From the IMG/VR virus record IMGVR_UViG_3300042207_000154, positions 1-39,210 of that record: 39,210 nucleotides of DNA. The stretch is one strand, 5' to 3'. This DNA is from a virus (Duplodnaviria; Caudoviricetes). A model generated the notes under the pieces. It did not search any database and was not told the origin of the DNA. It was given only the letters and a program-made list of their open reading frames with translations. The first letter of the stretch is position 1. The number at the start of each line of letters is the position of its first letter. Below, piece by piece: positions 35,857-39,210 of the stretch. The translations under genes and the position numbers were made by a program.

Positions 35857-38800
35857 TCGTTGGTGTTGCTGCAGGTGTTGCGGCTGCTGGCGTTGTGTCT
35901 ACTGCGGCGGCCATTGCCATTGGTGTTGCAGCAACTGCGTTGACCTATGCTGTTACCCCTGAATTTGGTGCTGGCAGCTTTAGTAATGAGGCTTATGCGC
36001 AGCAGCAAATGTTAAGAAGCCCTGCCGAACCAAGGCGTGGGGTATATGGCCGTGCCATGGTGTCTGGTCCGCTTATTTTTGCCGAAGAAACCGGTACAGA
36101 TAACGAGTTTTTACATTTGGTTATTGCACTTGCTGGCCATCGCTGTGATGCGATTGAAACTGTGTATTTTGGCGATGAAGTTGCTTGGACTGTTAGTGGT
36201 GGTATTAAAAGTAAGTTTGCTAGCCACGCGAGAATTAAACCGCATTTAGGTGATCAGACTGCTGCTGATAGCCAATTGCTGTCTGACTGCAGCGCATGGA
36301 CCAGTAAGCATGTTGGTCATGGCGTTACTTATCTATATGTTCGTTTAAAATATGATGTTGATGTTTTCCCGAATGGTGTTCCTAACATCAAAGCGTTAGT
36401 TAGGGGCAAGCCAGTATACGACCCTAGATTAGATTCAAGTAATGGTGGTTCGGGTACCCATAGATTTAATGATCCTAATACTTGGCAATGGACTGATAAT
36501 TGGGCTTTATGCGTGCTTGATTATACTCGTTTTGAGTCGGGTGTTGGCGCGACAGAAACTGAAATTGATTTACCTACTTATGCTTTAGCTGCCCACGATA
36601 GTGATGAGTTTGTCGAGTATCAAACAGATGAGTGGGAGCGCCGATATAGCTGTAATGGTACTTATACCCAAGACGCTAGCCCAGCTTCTATTTTAGAAAA
36701 AATGCTAACCGCTGGTGCAGGTATGCAGGTGTATGTTGGTGGTAAATACCAACTGTATGCTGGTGTTTATCAGGGGCCAGAGGTATTAACTCTCACCGAA
36801 GATGACTGTGCCGGTGATGTTGATATTAGTCCTTATACTTCACGTTCGGAACTGTGTAATGCTGTGCGTGGCACCTTTGTTGACCCCGATAGTTTTTACC
36901 AACCAACAGACTTTACTCCTTACGAGTCGGCTTATTATCGCGGCCAAGATAATGGTGAGTATATTGACCACGATATTGATTTGCCCTTTACGCAGTCTAG
37001 TTGGACAGCGCAACGGTTAGCTAAGTTACATTTGGAGCTTAATCGGGCAGGGATGCAAATTACCTTTCCGACCAAAATGATTGGCCTTGCTGTTTCGGTT
37101 GGTAAAGTTATTAGGCTACAACTGCCTAGCTTGGGGATTAATCAGACCTTTATGGTGGCTGATTGGCAATTTGATTTTGGCCGTCCGGTTAAACTGATTT
37201 TGCGTGAAACCAATGCAGATATTTTTGAGTTTGATAAAGGCAGTTATACCCAGCGAGATTTAGCGCCTAATACGACATTGCCAGACCCCAGCAAAGTGCC
37301 TACTGTAAGCGGTGTTGTTTGGATTCCTTCTGGTGATGATGCTAATTGGCAAGGTGAGCTAAGTTGGAATGCCCCAGGTAGTAACAGTGCTTACCGTTAT
37401 CGATTAGAGGTTGTAAACCAACAGCAAGAAGTGGTTTATCAAGCCAGTATAGAAGGTACTCGCCATCATGTGCCTAAGTTAGATGCAGGTACTTATAACC
37501 TGTATTTATGGGCGGTTAATTTATTCTCAAACCGTTCAAACATACCCGCCAGTATGACTATAGGTGCAGACGCACCACCGCCTGTGAATGGTGTTTTAGC
37601 TGACATTGGCGCGTTATCGTTAACTCTACGTCCACAAACTGCTGCAGTTATAGCAGCAACCACTGAATTTGAAGTTAAAGGCAGTTTAAACACCGTCTTA
37701 AATAACGCTGACTATCTTGGTCAAGGCAAAGAAGTGTTGTGGCCTAATCGTCACCCAAACACGTTTTATTATGTGTGGGCTCGCTCAGTAAATAATTATG
37801 GTTTTGGTGCTTGGTTTGGTCCTGTTGGAATACAAACTAGTACCGATAACAGTGCCATTGTTGAGTTAATCGGTACCGCTTTTGATAAGTTCACTTGGTT
37901 TGCCTGGGCTGATGATAATGCCGGTAGCGGCTTTACAACCGTTGAGGCCCAAGGCGAGGGTAAAGATTACCTAGGTGTTGCGACTGAAAAGAAAACCTCA
38001 GCCCCAAGCGGTAATTGGCAGGACTATACCTGGACCAAAATTAAGACTGAGATCCCCGACGTATTCACCCCAGAAGAACAAACCCAGCTTGATAACTTGA
38101 TGGCGGGTAAGCTGCCGGCTGGCGATAAAGATATGCTAGCGGCGCAAGATGCACTCAATAACCCAGCCCTGGCTAATGATCTGCTTACCTCTTTGGCTTT
38201 GCTGAACAATGGCATTGATGCCGCCAGTTTAAATGGTGAAACCCCAGGCGGTGCCCAAAACAAAGCAGATGCCGCCAAATCAGCCGCCGAGGCTTATGCC
38301 CTGGCAAAAGCTAACTTAGCTGAAACCACGGCTAAAGCTTATGCTGATGGGGTTGTTACTGCAGAAGAAAACAGAGCTATTTTAGATGCCCAGGCTAAAG
38401 CAGATTCAGCGAAGGCCCAAGCGATAGCTGCCGCTGCCAGTGATGCTCAAACTAAAGCAGATGCAGCCAAGACTCAAGCGATTAACGTAGCGGCAAGCGA
38501 TGCACAATATAAAGCAGACTCTGCTTTTAACCGAGCCATAGAACTTTCTGTAACAAGAGAATATTTTGATTTTTATCTGCATTACAAATCAGCTGTAATT
38601 TTACTTGTTCCGTATGCAGAAAATGGCACTAATTGGTCAGAAAGCGAGATTTTTGGGCAGTTAACATTTAGGCGTGGCGGCGTAAACTCAAGCAATCGAA
38701 CTGAGCGTTTAGATCTTTCAGTTAAATCTGCTTATTCTACTACTGATCTATCAATGACAAAGCTAGAAATATCTTGGAACTGGCAATTTTGTACTTGTAA

Positions 38801-39210
38801 TTATAATGGTAAAAAGTGGCTAGCCATTCATTCAGGGACAAATGTTCAAGATGCTAGAGTTGAATTTTGGGGCCGCAGAACTATGGCCAATATTGCCGGT
38901 TATTCAGCTAGCGATCAGTTTAAAGTAATTGATTATTATCGTACTGGTGAACCTGGTTATGGAACAGGGGCTATTAATTCTGAAATATATAATTCAATAG
39001 TTAATATTGCTGGTAATAGCGCTAGAAATTTTAATGGTACACCGCTTGAGAATATTAACGACTCACAAGCTAAAGCTTCTGCTGCTGAAAATAATGCAAT
39101 ATCAAGCGTAGCACTTGGTAATTTTATTGCTAATATCGGTTTAATCTCAACACTAATTGCTGATACTGGATTATTCAACCATCTAAAGTCACGCCTGGGA
39201 GTATTTGGAG
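35844..39210 (+). CDS. Tail tip / host-specificity protein (J-like) with fibre extension, 3'-partial
   Basis: ATG 35844 after GGAGG: MPPVIVGVAAG...YGRAMVSG...FPNGVPNI...GKPVYDPR; frame at window end is consistent with this start; missing from the ORF track, consistent with no stop before the window end. Confidence 0.88.
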   Translation, partial: MPPVIVGVAAGVAAAGVVSTAAAIAIGVAATALTYAVTPEFGAGSFSNEAYAQQQMLRSPAEPRRGVYGRAMVSGPLIFAEETGTDNEFLHLVIALAGHRCDAIETVYFGDEVAWTVSGGIKSKFASHARIKPHLGDQTAADSQLLSDCSAWTSKHVGHGVTYLYVRLKYDVDVFPNGVPNIKALVRGKPVYDPRLDSSNGGSGTHRFNDPNTWQWTDNWALCVLDYTRFESGVGATETEIDLPTYALAAHDSDEFVEYQTDEWERRYSCNGTYTQDASPASILEKMLTAGAGMQVYVGGKYQLYAGVYQGPEVLTLTEDDCAGDVDISPYTSRSELCNAVRGTFVDPDSFYQPTDFTPYESAYYRGQDNGEYIDHDIDLPFTQSSWTAQRLAKLHLELNRAGMQITFPTKMIGLAVSVGKVIRLQLPSLGINQTFMVADWQFDFGRPVKLILRETNADIFEFDKGSYTQRDLAPNTTLPDPSKVPTVSGVVWIPSGDDANWQGELSWNAPGSNSAYRYRLEVVNQQQEVVYQASIEGTRHHVPKLDAGTYNLYLWAVNLFSNRSNIPASMTIGADAPPPVNGVLADIGALSLTLRPQTAAVIAATTEFEVKGSLNTVLNNADYLGQGKEVLWPNRHPNTFYYVWARSVNNYGFGAWFGPVGIQTSTDNSAIVELIGTAFDKFTWFAWADDNAGSGFTTVEAQGEGKDYLGVATEKKTSAPSGNWQDYTWTKIKTEIPDVFTPEEQTQLDNLMAGKLPAGDKDMLAAQDALNNPALANDLLTSLALLNNGIDAASLNGETPGGAQNKADAAKSAAEAYALAKANLAETTAKAYADGVVTAEENRAILDAQAKADSAKAQAIAAAASDAQTKADAAKTQAINVAASDAQYKADSAFNRAIELSVTREYFDFYLHYKSAVILLVPYAENGTNWSESEIFGQLTFRRGGVNSSNRTERLDLSVKSAYSTTDLSMTKLEISWNWQFCTCNYNGKKWLAIHSGTNVQDARVEFWGRRTMANIAGYSASDQFKVIDYYRTGEPGYGTGAINSEIYNSIVNIAGNSARNFNGTPLENINDSQAKASAAENNAISSVALGNFIANIGLISTLIADTGLFNHLKSRLGVFG
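38385..38525 (+). repeat. Degenerate 57-bp (19-aa) coding tandem repeat, about 2.5 copies
   Basis: DAQAKADSAKAQAIAAAAS / DAQTKADAAKTQAINVAAS / DAQYKADSA starting at 38385, 38442, 38499. Confidence 0.75.

Larger units (their letters stand above)
3141..39210 (+). mobile_element. Mu-like transposable prophage (sipho-type tail), right end outside the window
   Basis: Mu gene order: repressor, ner, A, B, DUF3164, gemA, mor, lysin, gp25-29 equivalents, F, G, I/Z, T, gp35/36, tail; no integrase or sheath gene; left boundary inferred from TG and end repeats. Confidence 0.95.

Noticed and set aside
36037-39178. Short ORFs listed in the track in the last 3.3 kb
   Set aside because: All are shadows of the single long tail-tip ORF starting at 35844

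Overview
Most of the window (about 3141 to the end) is an apparently intact transposable (Mu-like) prophage with a non-contractile tail. It runs repressor, ner-like, transposase A, ATPase B, early genes, gemA, mor/C-type activator, lysis, head and tail modules, and its right end lies beyond the window. The host is a gammaproteobacterium, probably Shewanella-like (inference). Left of the prophage are the 3' end of phnA/yjdM and a 2.5-kb orphan cassette (degenerate mor', small ORF, KAP NTPase, late promoter, truncated lysin') enclosed by two inverted 94-bp repeats. This cassette duplicates the flanks of the prophage's own mor-lysin cargo slot, which here holds a PHP-ATPase (Ppl-like) instead. 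Other notable elements are a type II hammerhead ribozyme in the early operon, a MuF protein with an HExxH peptidase extension plus a small downstream ORF, an uncharacterised two-gene AT-rich module convergent with a DNA methyltransferase, three conserved late promoters each overlapped by a hairpin and preceded by cargo, a phased TTAAAC tract at the Mu strong-gyrase-site position, and a -1 frameshift in the tail chaperone. All family assignments come from motif recognition and synteny by eye; no database searches were run.
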